Notes under the pieces: model-generated | The model's input: only the letters and a program-made list of their open reading frames with translations | Databases searched by the model: none | What the model was told of the DNA's origin: nothing | Program-made: the position numbers and the translations under genes | Source of the DNA: Rebecca billardiae RCC1528 | Lineage: Eukaryota; Protista; Haptophyta | DNA length: 64,000 nt | Assembly: GCA_965240325.2 (NCBI GenBank) | Contig: OZ251226.1 | Coordinates: 310,001 to 374,000, forward strand | Direction: 5' to 3' | Part shown: piece by piece, positions 31,681 to 43,501 of the stretch | Layout of the letters: each line of letters starts with the position of its first letter | Numbering within the stretch: position 1 is the stretch's first letter

Positions 31681-31796
31681 TATGTACATGCATATATTGC
31701 CCAGACGCCGACGTCGCGGTCGTTATTGGGACCGGTCCTGGCCGGTCCCAATAACGACCGCGACGTCGGCGTCTGGGCAATATATGCATGTACATA
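31681..31796. repeat. Perfect 55-bp inverted repeat with 6-nt loop
   Basis: 31681-31735 is the exact reverse complement of 31742-31796. Partial arm copies lie at about 31610-31680. Confidence 0.9.
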
Positions 31797-31798
31797 CA

Positions 31799-32231
31799 AT
31801 TTAACGACGTGGCAGCATCGGACAAGCGTCAGGCTCAGAGTCAGAGTCAAGTCTCAGAGTGCAACAGATCGACACATATTCAGAATGCGTCCGCGCCTTC
31901 CGTCCAGGTCAGACAGTGCGCGCCCGACCCGCAGCCCTGCCCCCCTACGGGAGCGGGGCCGGGATGGAGCACCGCCTCGGCCTGGGGCACGCGGCGGCGA
32001 CGGCAGATGCCGCCGCGGTCGAGCGCCTTCCGGAGCACTTGGATGAGGGTGAGGTCGTACGGTCGATGTACTCGATGTCGCCGCCCGCCCGGACCTAGCG
32101 GCCGCGGAGCAGCTCCGGCGCAAGCTGAAGCGGCAGCCGCGGCTGTCGCCCCCGTGCGCCCGCGTGGGCGCCTGGATGAGGATGAGGTCGTCGTAGTACG
32201 CGTCGCCGCGCGCCGGCCAAGCGGCGCAGCG

Positions 32232-32232
<1 letters not shown>
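31799..32232. mobile_element. Dispersed repeat R2, copy 2, ending at (TA)n
   Basis: The first ~260 bp are homologous to 6113-6372. Confidence 0.75.

Positions 32233-32235
<3 letters not shown>

Positions 32236-32310
<75 letters not shown>
32236..32310. repeat. (TA)n microsatellite, about 37 units
   Basis: Seen directly in the sequence. Confidence 0.95.
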
Positions 32311-32316
<6 letters not shown>

Positions 32317-32331
32317 GTAGTTACAGTTTAC

Positions 32332-32368
32332 TAAGAATAAGAGACGCACACAGCTCAGGCAGGCGAGA
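32332..32368 (+). mobile_element. Solo TIR of family B
   Basis: Identical 36-mer to 22183-22218, preceded by the same TACAGTTTAC. Confidence 0.8.
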
Positions 32369-33727
32369 TCACAGTAATCCATGGTCCGAGCCATGGCCGT
32401 AATCAGTAGACATCGCCGCCTCGCCCTCAGCGCCGCCGATGTTGTCGAAGCGGGCGATCACGCGGCCCATGGCCGGCGCCCCACGCAGCAACACGAGTGA
32501 GCGGTTGCGCACGTCGAAGAGGGCCGAGAGCAGCGTCGTCTCACCAGACACGTCGCCGCGCGCGCGCGCGGCGCCGTCGTGGTAGATCGGGTATGCCGCA
32601 TCAGCCTGGTCGGACAGCACGGCGAGAAGGTCGCCGCGCGTCGAGGGGAGCGGCAGGGCTGCGACGCGCTCTGTCCGGTGCCGAGAGCTTGTGCTCACGC
32701 TCTGAGGGACATCCAGGAAGAGCAGATGATTCGCATGGAAGAGCGGACGGCCACCGGGTGCCACTGGCTCGACGTGTGACCGCCCATGCGAGATGCTCTC
32801 CACGTTGACGATTGCGCCACACAGCCCCGGTGTGCACTGCGCGCGCTGGCCGCCACCACCCTGCGTGCCGCTGCCGTCGAGCGTCATCGCGCAGGCTCGT
32901 GTCGACAGCAGCTGGTAGTTGTGGCCAACACACTGGCCGTCGGCAGTCGCCACTTCGATTGCCGCCTCGAGCGACTGCTGCCGCAGCAGCTCACGCGAGA
33001 TGAACGCGCGGCCGATCCCGCCGAGAACCGCATCGTGCGGCCCGACATAGTTCACCGTGAATCCCACGCCATGCGAGTTGAACCCAAGTGCGCCGGAGAG
33101 CAGCTCGCCCGCATAGCCAACGGCGACGAAACGATCGCCGTCGATGCTGATGCGAGCAAGGAAGATTAGCGGAGCGCCCGAGATGTGAGAGTCCTCGTTG
33201 TGGGCACAGTACGGCCACAGCGCGTAGTCTGAGCACCGCTCGTCTGGGGCCTGGCTTTGCATGGTGCCGGTGGCATTCGGTGGCGCAAAGTGAGCGAGCT
33301 CGACGACCAGGTTGAGCACCAGCACCGCGTGCGCTGAAACACCGATGCCCCGTGCGAGACCGCGGATCTCAGCCATCGATCCAGCGTGCACGCGGGCGTG
33401 GGCTGTCTCGAATGTGCGCAGGATCCTCAGACCCCCGTATGTGGTGGTGAAATAGTCCACGAGCCCTGCAACACGCGCGCTCGCGAGTCGAGCGAGAGCC
33501 GGTGCCCTGAACGCAGCCCCAAGTTCGCGGCCGAAGCGCTCGTGCTCTGCGAGGGAATGCCCGTATCTGCCCTCGAAGACCGGCAGATCGGTACCTACCC
33601 TCGCCTGGGCAGTATGGGAAGATGATCCCAATCGTGCAGACAACACCACGCAGCATGATGTGAGCACAATGCCGCCTCGGGGATAGCGCACTTCCCGCCG
33701 CAAGGAAGGCCGCCAAGGAGGCGCCAT
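32369..33727 (-). CDS. Peptidase C45 / Ntn-hydrolase (acyl-CoA:6-APA acyltransferase / Tan-like)
   Basis: EIRGLARGIG, ERC|SD (putative autocleaved Cys nucleophile), AHNED, GFNSHGVGFTVN, GHNY, HANH and SSRHR. Confidence 0.85.
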   Translation of the reverse strand: MAPPWRPSLRREVRYPRGGIVLTSCCVVLSARLGSSSHTAQARVGTDLPVFEGRYGHSLAEHERFGRELGAAFRAPALARLASARVAGLVDYFTTTYGGLRILRTFETAHARVHAGSMAEIRGLARGIGVSAHAVLVLNLVVELAHFAPPNATGTMQSQAPDERCSDYALWPYCAHNEDSHISGAPLIFLARISIDGDRFVAVGYAGELLSGALGFNSHGVGFTVNYVGPHDAVLGGIGRAFISRELLRQQSLEAAIEVATADGQCVGHNYQLLSTRACAMTLDGSGTQGGGGQRAQCTPGLCGAIVNVESISHGRSHVEPVAPGGRPLFHANHLLFLDVPQSVSTSSRHRTERVAALPLPSTRGDLLAVLSDQADAAYPIYHDGAARARGDVSGETTLLSALFDVRNRSLVLLRGAPAMGRVIARFDNIGGAEGEAAMSTDYGHGSDHGLL

Positions 33728-33792
33728 CGTAACCGTGCAGAAGTCAGACAAACTCACTTTCAACTTATTACTACTTACAGCCTGTTACAGTT

Positions 33793-33855
33793 TACTCATT
33801 CTATGATTTAACTACACAGGTAGGACGGCGCAGGTCTCCTGATTCGTCGTCGGCA
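33793..33855 (+). mobile_element. Solo TIR of family A (right-end variant)
   Basis: TACTCATTCTATGATTTAACTACACAGGTAGGACGGCGCAGGTCTCCTGATTCGTC closely matches the reverse complement of 43443-43503. Confidence 0.75.
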
Positions 33856-33989
33856 GTGCCCGATCGTCGACACGAAGTCGGCGCGATCGAATGGCTTGAG
33901 CACGGCCTTGAGCTGCTGGAGCGCGATCCACCTGCGCTGCGCGGCTCGCATGGACCTGCTGTGCCCCGAGCGAGGGCGAGGGTGCAGGT

Positions 33990-35330
33990 CCGGATGTCAG
34001 ACGGCCGTCTCAGCCGCTGGGCCCTGGTGGGTGATCCGGCGGTGATGTAGTCGTCCCCGTGTGCCCTGCGCGGCCGCGTGCGCGCTTGCCGCTCTGCTCA
34101 GCTGGCTTGCTGGCGGCGGCTGGCGCTGCTGCGGCGTGCAGGGTACGCTTTGCCCCCGACTGCTGCGCATCCTCGTCGTCCGAGTCGTCGTCCATGGACG
34201 AGTCTCGGTCCGCGTGGGGGACAGCAGCTGGAGCAGGCGCAGGTGCTGCGGGCAGAGAGGCCGCCAGCCGCGCCGCCTTGCGCTCCTGGCGTTTCTCGAC
34301 GGCGCGCCGCGACGAGGTGCGGCGGCTCGATGGAGATCGAATCCGCCTGCCCTGCGCGTCACGCCGAGGCCCGCGCTTCCCGCGCCGAGGCTTCTTCTTC
34401 CGCTTCTAAGAGTGCTGCTGCTCGCCGTTTGCAGCCTGCACTCCAGTACCCGAGCCCTGCGCGGCGAGCGGGCGCGCCGGCGGAGCCGACTTGCGCGCTC
34501 GGCGCGGGGCGGGATGCAGGGGAGCTTTAGAAGGCGCGCCACCACCTCCCTCGCGCCGCTGGCTGCCACCAGCGGGGGTTCCCTGTGGAGAAGCATCAGG
34601 CCCTTGCGCATCAGGCGGACGCACAGACACCGTCAGACGGACACTCCCATCTGGCAGGAGGGAGATGTGCACCGCGCGCGAGAGGCCGTCGGCGGCGGTG
34701 AGCCTGTCTGCGTCATGCCAAAGGCGGACGAAGAGGCGCACCCAACGATCCGACAGCCCCTCGGGCAGCAGCGCGGCAGGGGGGTCCAGATGAAGTTTCA
34801 AGTTTCCCACATCGGAAGGGAAGCCATGGTGGGCGTGAATGCCCGTCCCAACGCGATCTAAGGCCCCAGCGCCACGGCCCGGTCACTGGGGCGTGGCGTA
34901 GGCGGGTCGGCGTCGCCGTACGAGCGCGTGTGCGTGAGTGACAGCTTCCCTTCCGACTTTTCGACCACTCTCACGTCCACGTCCACGCCCCCGTACGACC
35001 GGCGCGCGGGTGAGGTTGCGCATGGGAAGGATGGGCAGGTAGCGGCCAGGATCACCGTTCTGACGGTCATACCGCCGTCTGGGGCATGCATTGCGACGGT
35101 GCATGCCTGGCGAAGGTCCATATGACCCTACAAGCCGTGGATCTGACGAGCAAGGTTGGCTGCGCGGTAGTCGTGCGACCGCCGTCCGACACGGCGGCTG
35201 CCGTGCGAATACGTTGGCGTGTGCGCGCCTGTCAACGGCAGGGTGATCAACGACCGGCATGGCTAGCAAGCTGATCAGGACTAGTAAGAACCTTGTCTGG
35301 GACCACGCCACGCCATTTGGCAACCTCGCC
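33990..35330 (-). pseudogene. Degraded coding-like segment, possibly a retroelement ORF1 relic
   Basis: Successive protein-like fragments in shifting frames end in a low-complexity basic/acidic tail. No recognisable domain. Confidence 0.25.
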
Positions 35331-36901
35331 ACCGCTCAATGCCCGTCCAGAGGCACTGCCGTGCCGCACTACCTAGTTATAGTAGTACCTGGCCAGCCAC
35401 CGCCAAAGACAGTGGGGCCCACCATCTGGACCCCCCTGTACTACTATGATGTAACGTGCACACTTGGTTAAGGCATCTCGTCCAGGCTCGGGCAGTCAGG
35501 CACGTCGTGTGACGCGGAGCCGGCCCGAGCGCAGGCGGCAGGCCGCACTCGCAGGCAGCAGTAGTACCGATCTCTTCCGTCTGTCGTTTGGCGTGAGGGC
35601 ATGCTCTCGTGTGGCCAACGCGCTGGCAAGCGCCCCACGACATGCGCGTGAATAGGTGCTGGCGTGGACTGTCGCTCCGCCGGCCTATATCGTCATCAGG
35701 AGGAGGACCGCGTTCCGCGGCCCTTAGTTCCGAGTAGACTCAGTAGAGCCAACGCAGCAGTACAATCTTCTTAGTCGGCCGCCGGGCCCGTGGTGTTGAT
35801 GCTGCTGATCACGCACTGACAGCACACATCAGTCGGGACGGAGATGCGCCGGTTCGCTGCGGTGGAAAGGCGGTCGCGGCCAGCTGCGCTCTTTCTCGGT
35901 GCCGGCGCCCGCACGATCAGAAGTCACAGACAGACAGGCAGGCCGAGTGGCTCCCGTGCACAGCCATCACCACTCACAATCCACCACGAACCCGACCATA
36001 AGCTGCAACTGCGCGATCAGGACACGAGACGCGCGTGCGAAGGCGCATGACGGCGCGCTGGAGGTGAGCAGGGCGCGATGGTGAGACGCGGCTTACTTCA
36101 GCTCGGCCCTGATGGATTCGGGTCGGCGCCGCGGCTCCGAGTCGCTCGCGCGGCGGGCTGACACTGCCGAGCTCATCAGATTCGAGGCTCTCCCACGTGA
36201 GGGATGGACAGGCTTGGCCGTAGGGCGCGTGGTGCGGCCGTATGTCAGGACCGGACGAGGTAAACGGCAGCCGGGAAGCGCCCCGGCGCCCACCGCAATC
36301 CGCGCGTGAAGCGTGTCCCTCCCCCCGGCGTCCATGCGCTTCAACCGCGAGGCACTGATTGCGGTTGCGGCAATCAGCCGGCAATGTCGGAAGCTGCAGC
36401 CATCAGTTGGCAGACATGACAACGACAAACACGTCACATCTGCGTGCTAGTGCAGCCTGGAGCAACGCGGTTGAATCGGCTCCATCGCCAACAGGAGTCG
36501 CGCGTCTCTAAGCAACTCTTACACCACACCGCCCGAGTCTGTCCGCCTGCGAAAGATACTATCAGCCGGGCCGCGCTGTTACACTGTCTGAGTCCGATTC
36601 AGCGCATCGCGCAGACTGCCCGAGTCAAATCAGCTGTCACGGGTCTCATCGTCCCGACACTCGGACCAGACCGGTGCCGACGAGTTGTTCCCCGATCGAC
36701 GACCCAACGACAAGGAGGACGCAGCTCTCCATTGACAACCGGCCGGGCGAGCTTGTCGGTTTTTGCTGGTTTGGCATTTGGCAATGACGCGGGTGATCTT
36801 GATCATAGCTGCTGTGCTCAGCATTTGATTATCACCTTTGACGGGCCCAGAGCTCTAGTCATTTTGACGAACCTGCGATATGAAATCCTAAAATATTATT
36901 A

Positions 36902-39397
36902 CCGATTTTGGGCAACTGAAAACATGATTCTGCACTTTTTTGAAAAACGCACTTCAAAAAGTTTCAACTTTTGAAAACCGGATTTAAAACATGTTTTGTT
37001 TTGTTTTTGGAAAAGAAGTTTTGCCAAAACGAAACAAAAACCGAAAACGTTTTTCAAAACCTGTTTTCAAAACGTGTTTTCAAAAAGTGCAAACCTGTTT
37101 TCCCTTTTTCAAAAACGTTTTCACTTTTTGTCTTTTTCCAAAAAGTGACGCTCGAAAACACACGGGAACAGAATGGCGGCCAAATGTTCACTTTAGGGTG
37201 CCGCCGCGCGACGCGGGCCGGCGGCCTAGTAAGAACCCTGAGCCGGCGCGGACGGGCACTGGCAGGTGCGCAACCACCCAACACATGCTCCAGGCACCGC
37301 TCACCAGCCCCTGCCACTTCGTCTCCTCGTCTATTACTGCCCGCGACACGCGCGAATGTCATCTCAATCGCCCTGGCGTCGCGCGACCGCGCGGCCGCGC
37401 GCGCATGCGGTGCGCAGGCGTCAGATGGCGGAGGTGGTGATGCGGTGCGACGCGCATGGACGATCTCGCGCAGACGCACCTCGCTCGCAGGCCCGCTGCC
37501 ACTGGATGCGCCCGGCTGCACCGTCCGTTTGCTGCGCGCAGTCGCAGCCGGCCGTTCTTGTCGACGGTGTTGGTGCGCTTCTTCATGATCTTCATCTTGC
37601 CCACGATCACCTGCTTGGCGGCCTGCTCGACGCGGCCAGCTCGCGGCATGCTCGTGCCGCGTCTGTTCGAGCTCAGCCCGCCCGCCCGGCACGTGCGGTC
37701 GCGGAACGTGTTGCCGATGATCTTGCCGTCGTGCTCCGACGCTTGTGTGCTCGCGCGGTGCAGCTCGCCGCCGAGTCGCACGATGGCGCGAAGGGCGATG
37801 GCGACGACCACGTGCGGGTGGCACGCGACCGTGCTCGTCCACCGCTTGAGCTCACGCACATACGCGCACCTGGCGTTGAGCGCAGCAAGCACCATCACCT
37901 TCACCTCCGCGGCGGTCGTCGGACGCCGCCGACGAGTTCGCGCACCGCCACCAACCACAGTCGGCAGAAGTCCTCACACGTGAGCTGCGGCTGCTGCGGT
38001 GCCTGAGCAGCGTTGGCGTAGCCCTCGCACGGCACGTTGGCGTCACGCGCGTGCTGCATCCTCTGCTGCCCGCCGTCACCGGCGTGGCCCTGGCCCTGGC
38101 GGTACCTGGCCGCACGCGGCGCGCACTACGACTCGTCGTGTCCGCCGACTTTGCGTCTGCCGACGGCTCGGTCCACTGATCGTCAGCCCTGGGCTCCGCG
38201 GCCGTGCAGCGTCACTGCTGTCGTGCGACGATCGCATCGATATGACTCACAGCGACTCACGCGTACTTGTGTCGTAGTAGTATGGCAGCGTCATGCACGG
38301 CATCAGACGACTGATGACGAGGGCTCCTGCCCGAAGCGCACGCGGGCCCGCGGAGGCGGATGAAAGTCGAAAGACATGATCGGCTCGTCCGGACGCGCGC
38401 ATCATCACGCTGCTCGTCGCGCCCAGATTCCGCTGCTCGCCATGATGACGAACGAAGCACGGACTCCTGCAGGCCGATGTGCTCAGCGGCGCGCTTACTG
38501 CGTCGGCGACAGGATCCTCCATCAGCTCCCGCCCCTGGCCCTGTCGCAGCAGGGCACGGCTGAGGGTCACACCCGCTGATGGCCGGGCGAGACCAAGCAT
38601 CAAGCGCGCACGCATGCGCGGTCGCCGCGGCGCACTCGCGCGCACCACCGGAACCTCAACGGTCTTCTTGCGCGTCATGCGGATGACCTGCATTGCCCTG
38701 CAGACGGTCGGCTCGCTGACGCTCAGGCCATACCACAGCGCAAGGCGTGCACACGTTTGCGCCAGCGTGTCTCGCGGGTACATCTTGACGAGTGCTTTCA
38801 GCAGGAAGAGCTGGGGCAGGTCGAAGATCGGCGGGCCAGAGGACGCGACGCCGCCCGACTGCGTGCTCACGATCTGCTGCGTCGCGAGGTACTCCCGCAC
38901 CCACTTGAACACGGTCGATGAGCGATCTCGTCGTACGTGCACGACGAGTTGCCCGCGCGCAGTCGGAGGGCAGTCCCCACGACGCGCTGCCGAAGAACCA
39001 CGTCGTAGCTCCTACCCTGTCGGTACACGCCGTTGTGCGCGTTGACTGCGATCCGCGGCCGTGGCTCGCGCGGCATCTCCTGTCGCCGCCGATTGCCCCG
39101 CCGCGCGACGCGGTGGACAACGGTCTTTCTTTCCTCTCCAAGAAAACTTTTTCAAAACAAAACTTGTTTTGTCAAAACACGTTTTGAAAACTTAAGTTTT
39201 GTTTTGTTTTTTCGAAACACGTTTTGAAAACTTGTTTTTGAAAACGTTTTTCAAAAAACAAAACAAAACAAGTTTTTCGAAAACATTTTTTCAAAAAGAT
39301 GTTTTGTCCAAAACATGTTTCAAAAAAGGAAAAAAGTTCAAAAAACAAAACAAAACTTGCAAAAACGAAATGCATGTTTTCAGTTGCCCCAAATCGG
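36902..39397 (-). mobile_element. IS630/Tc1-mariner-type DNA transposon (non-autonomous), TA target duplication
   Basis: TIRs CCGATTT(T/G)GGGCAACTGAAAACATG lie at both ends, flanked by TA (36900-01 and 39398-99). There are ~250-bp subterminal arrays of TTTTGAAAAC/GTTTTCAAAA and an internal transposase relic. Confidence 0.9.
38655..39076 (-). pseudogene. IS630-family transposase N-terminal HTH region, frameshifted, DDE domain absent
   Basis: GRSYDVVLRQRVV...YDEIA, then a frameshift, then STVFKWVREY...DTLAQTCARL...LSVSEPTVCRAMQVIRMTRKK. This resembles the IS630 YSxDLRxRV and VSxxTxxRxL..TRKK signatures. Confidence 0.75.
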
Positions 39398-39958
39398 TAA
39401 TAGTTCATACATCATGTGAATTCCGATCCGTTGAGGTTATCTGGCCAGTCTCCCTATGCACCGTTCCACTTATTGGCCGGCTCATGGCGCGTTCGTCAAT
39501 AAATGATAGCGTCTTCTCAAATTCTCCTTGGCGAGTTCGCGGGCTCAATTCGGGTCTTCCAGAAGTTGCTCCATCAATTTGAGGTGTGCGAGGAGCGGCG
39601 GTGTTTCTACCCCTTCAACCTGATACCCGCTCTACATATTTGGCTGCCGAAGATGAATTGACAGAGGATGATTACATGGTCGTGAGAGGTTGTTGCTTCC
39701 CTGGGTTTGGAAGGAAAGCATCTTGGGGTATCCGCAAAGCCACAGGTATACCCAATTTGTGATGCAAGCACCATCCAGTCATCATCGCGTTCAAAGTTAC
39801 GAGCGAGCGGCGTTTATTATTTGTTCTCACTCGCGCCCCCCTTCCCCGATCCTGCCAGAGCCAAAGACCGTGACCCACCCATCGTCATCCCGTGATCGAT
39901 CAACAATCAGGCTCCCCGAGACACCGACAGGTCAGCAGTAGGCCGAGCATCCAGCATC

Positions 39959-40846
39959 ATGCCCGTGGGTCCCCAACGTCGCTCGGTGCCGACGCATGAC
40001 GAGACCCTCGTCTCGCGGGGGCGGCCGCACTTCAGATGGTCCGTGGATCCGAGCATCACGCGTATCCTCGAGAACGTGTGGCGTCGCACGCGATACCCAG
40101 CGCTGGAAGAGCGCAAGCAGCTCGCCGCGGACATCGGCGTGACGGAGCGCTGCATCCGCGTGTACTTCCAGAACCGCCGACAGAAGGAGCGGGCTCGTGT
40201 GGACGCGACGAGCGATGGGGACGCACGGGAAAGCCGCACACCTGCACGGTCCGAAGCCTCCCCACGAGTGCCGGCTCGCCCGCCGCCGGCCATCGCCGAG
40301 GCGCCGCAGCAATCTCTCGCTCAGGTGCTCTCGCCGACAGCAGCCCCCCTCGCAGGGGCCCGCACATCCGCTGTGCGCGCGGCTCCGATGGCGATCGCGG
40401 TGCCACAGGCGCACGCGAGGGTACACTCTGGCTCGGCGTGGGCCGTTCCCCCCCCAATAGGTGTTTCTGCGCCTCTGGCGCCGGCCTGCGTGTACGGGCC
40501 GCAGGCGTCCTATCCGTCGGTGGTGCCCCAACCGCCAGCGCCGCCACCGACAGCTGCTGGCCACCACTACTACTGCGCACCGCATGCGCAGTATCATCAC
40601 CCGGCGGAGCCGTCCTACCTCCCTGCCGCCCCAGCTGACCAGCTGAACTGGCGCATGCCCGCATGGCAGCCGCCGCCACGGGCCGTCGATCCGCCGATGT
40701 TCATGGGCACGCTGCCTCCACAAGCAGATGGCGCCGCGCTGTACCTGCCACACGGCATGCTCCCGGCTCATCCGGACGCGGCGCAAACGCTCGAATCTCC
40801 AACCGGCGCCTTCACCGCCTGGGATGGTGGTGCGACTCGCCGCTGA
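39959..40846 (+). CDS. Homeodomain transcription factor
   Basis: ILENVWRRTRYPALEERKQLAADIGVTERCIRVYFQNRRQKER, followed by a Pro-rich C-terminus. Confidence 0.88.
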   Translation: MPVGPQRRSVPTHDETLVSRGRPHFRWSVDPSITRILENVWRRTRYPALEERKQLAADIGVTERCIRVYFQNRRQKERARVDATSDGDARESRTPARSEASPRVPARPPPAIAEAPQQSLAQVLSPTAAPLAGARTSAVRAAPMAIAVPQAHARVHSGSAWAVPPPIGVSAPLAPACVYGPQASYPSVVPQPPAPPPTAAGHHYYCAPHAQYHHPAEPSYLPAAPADQLNWRMPAWQPPPRAVDPPMFMGTLPPQADGAALYLPHGMLPAHPDAAQTLESPTGAFTAWDGGATRR

Positions 40847-42730
40847 AAGCCGAGCACACGCGCGGCTGGCTTTGCCGTGTCGCGCCTTTCATGGCACACG
40901 GTCAAACCATCGCGGCCCGGCGCAGCGCACGTGATTGCGAGTCAGACAGGCCGCCAGCGGGGCCGAATCGGGTCCGATCGCAGCACGCTGCGACGAGGGG
41001 CCAGAGGATGCTGGCGCGGAGAGAGCATATAGTCTGGATCATGCGTTGCGGTGGACTCATGACACAGGAGTGAGACCACCTCCAGCTGAAGCTGAATCTC
41101 AGCTTGACTCGGGCGTCATTCGTTGTCGGATACTCCGCGGCCGCGGGGACTCCGGCCCCGGCGGGGACCGCGTGACACCGTTATTTTGATTTTAAAATTA
41201 TATAACTTATTCATTAATTAATTAATAAATAAATAATACGACTTCTCACATACTCGTCAGACTCAATCGAGCCGACGGTCACGGACACGGTGGCGCGGGT
41301 CGCGGACCGTGAGCAGCGTCGCTTGACAGTCTTGACTCGCGGTTGACTCCGTTGAGTGCACTACAGCAGTCTGCGTCGCGTCAATCGTCCTGATCTGCCG
41401 CAATGCGTCAGCAGCGCCAGCGCTGAACAGCGACCGCGCCGCAGAGCGCGTCAACAGCGTCGTCAGTCAAGTCACAATCGTGCTGAGTCGCGTTTATTGT
41501 CGTCCGCTAGGACGACAAGCCCGGAATCACGCGACACTCACAAGTCGTCGGAGTCGTGCCTCATTGGTGATCACGTCAGCCGACGCCGACGGGGCGGTGC
41601 GGAGGGAAGACTCAGCCCAGCCACTCGCACACCCACTGCGCTAAGGCGTCATGACATGAGTGGAGTGTCAGAACGGCGCGGATGCGCGCTACCAGCACAC
41701 TTCAACTACGCGCAATCCGGTGAAAGTGAGGTGATGATCACATCCCGTGGGTGTACATGCAGTATCACTCGTGCTGTGCGCAGTGTGCACCCAGAATCCG
41801 GCGACGGTCCTCGGAGTCTTGGCCGTGGGCGATGATGGTGCGCAAGTGCGGGCGCGTACCAGGCTGGCGGTTTCATTCGCTTCCACTTCTGAGACCTGAC
41901 ACTAGAAAGGCAGCGCCTGCCTGCTGACCGAAGATGGCATCCCCGCTGGGCTCGTCTGTGCACGCTGCGGGACGCTCGATCGCGGGGCCTCGCCTGGCAT
42001 CACTGGCTCACCGCCTCTGTGTCGATACGAAGGATCCGCAACGTTCCACGGCTCTCCGTGCATGCGCGCCCACTGCCACACACAGCATGCTTCGCAAATA
42101 GCATTGCAGGCCAAAATCACCCGCGGACGACCCGGCATCGCGCGTGAGTGAGACTACGTAAGTTGTGGTCCAGCCGCGGGGCGGATCGTCGGATCCGCTG
42201 TTTCGGACTTTCCGATCAACCGTCGATGGGATCGGATTTTGCTCATTATGATATGATCTTCGACCAGGGCGAACAATTAATGGTAGGCGGGTATGGAGGG
42301 TGGGCAAAGTTTGGAGCATGTTCTCTGGAGTGGAACGTTCGGTCCTCGGACTTTTTGTGGGGTGTGAATGTTCGCCGGTATCATAGGTAGTGGTGCCACA
42401 ATATGACCGCTACTGACAACGAGTAAAGTGAGCAAGGACTGTTAAATTGCGACTGCACTGAACCGACGTTATCAGTGTACTCATATATATATAATGTTCG
42501 TCATCCGCTGATGATGACGATACCGCGATACGTCGCTCGAATCATCTAGTTCCACCCGTACGCAAAATATGAGTAAAATGCTTCGATCATCAGAGGATCG
42601 GCCTCCGAAGTCCCAACGCTCCAAAAAGTTCGTTAATGTTTGTTTTAATGTGTGTAAGGCTCACGGCAGGCTGCCGCGCAGTAAGCTCACAATTCATACA
42701 GCAGTATTTTGTAATAATGTGCATACTGTA

Positions 42731-43501
42731 CCAATTCTATGATTTTTAAAAGACACAGGCACCAGGGCGCGTATTTAAAATAGCTCTCCTGATTCGTACC
42801 AAGTAATCAGTGTACTCGCGCGTTCGCGCCCTCGCACCTCGACGGTCAGCTCGAGCCCTGCGCGTGTGCGACCTTCCCGTGCTACCCGATGGCGCCCCAT
42901 CTATGATCGTACCACATGCTGGCCCAGCCTTTCATGTGGTGCGCCCATCAGGTTTCGCAGTTGCGCACGGTGCGCGTGCTCCTCTTGGGGACGACAGCCC
43001 GCGCAGGTCGCAGGACTGCGCAAGGCGCGCAAAACAGATGCGGCAACGCGCGTCTCGCGGCGCAGGAGCCAGGAGGGCGTTAGGCGTAGGCGAGCGCTAC
43101 GCCTCTGCCTAGCCACGTGCGCCATGGTGCGGCAGCGGGCCGCGCCGCGTGGCGGATGGCTACCTGCGCGGGCGTGGCGGGGTGATAATGGGCACAGTGG
43201 TAGCGAAGGTGACACTCAAGGTGTTGTCATGGCAAGCACATCGGTGCGAGGGCGGCCAAAAAGATGCATGCGTACTGAGGAGCGATCGACTTCTCTGTAA
43301 GCCTCAGCAACGCTGAACGCACGATTGGCTGGCGCGCGCAAGCCGCGGCGCATGTGAGCTCTAGACGACAAGACGGTATAATCGGAAAATCGCGCCTTGT
43401 AGTATCGTACTCTCAGAGTACGAGTCGGTTGCTGTAGCAGTAGGAATCAGGAGACCTGCGCCGTCCGGTCCTACCTGTGTCGTGAATCATCGTAGAATGA
43501 G
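42731..43501. mobile_element. Non-autonomous TIR element of family A, TA-flanked
   Basis: The left end TA|CCAATTCTATGATT..GACACAGG..CTCCTGATTC faces the inverted right end GAATCAGGAG..CCTGTGTC..AATCAT..AGAATGAG|TA. Confidence 0.7.

Noticed and set aside
36971-37588. Phe/Lys-rich ORFs at 36971 and 39172-39582
   Set aside because: They are translations of the subterminal TTTTGAAAAC repeat arrays.
37359-37958. Fanzor/TnpB nuclease inside the IS630-like element
   Set aside because: No RuvC D/E/D motifs or CxxC pairs, and it is too short.
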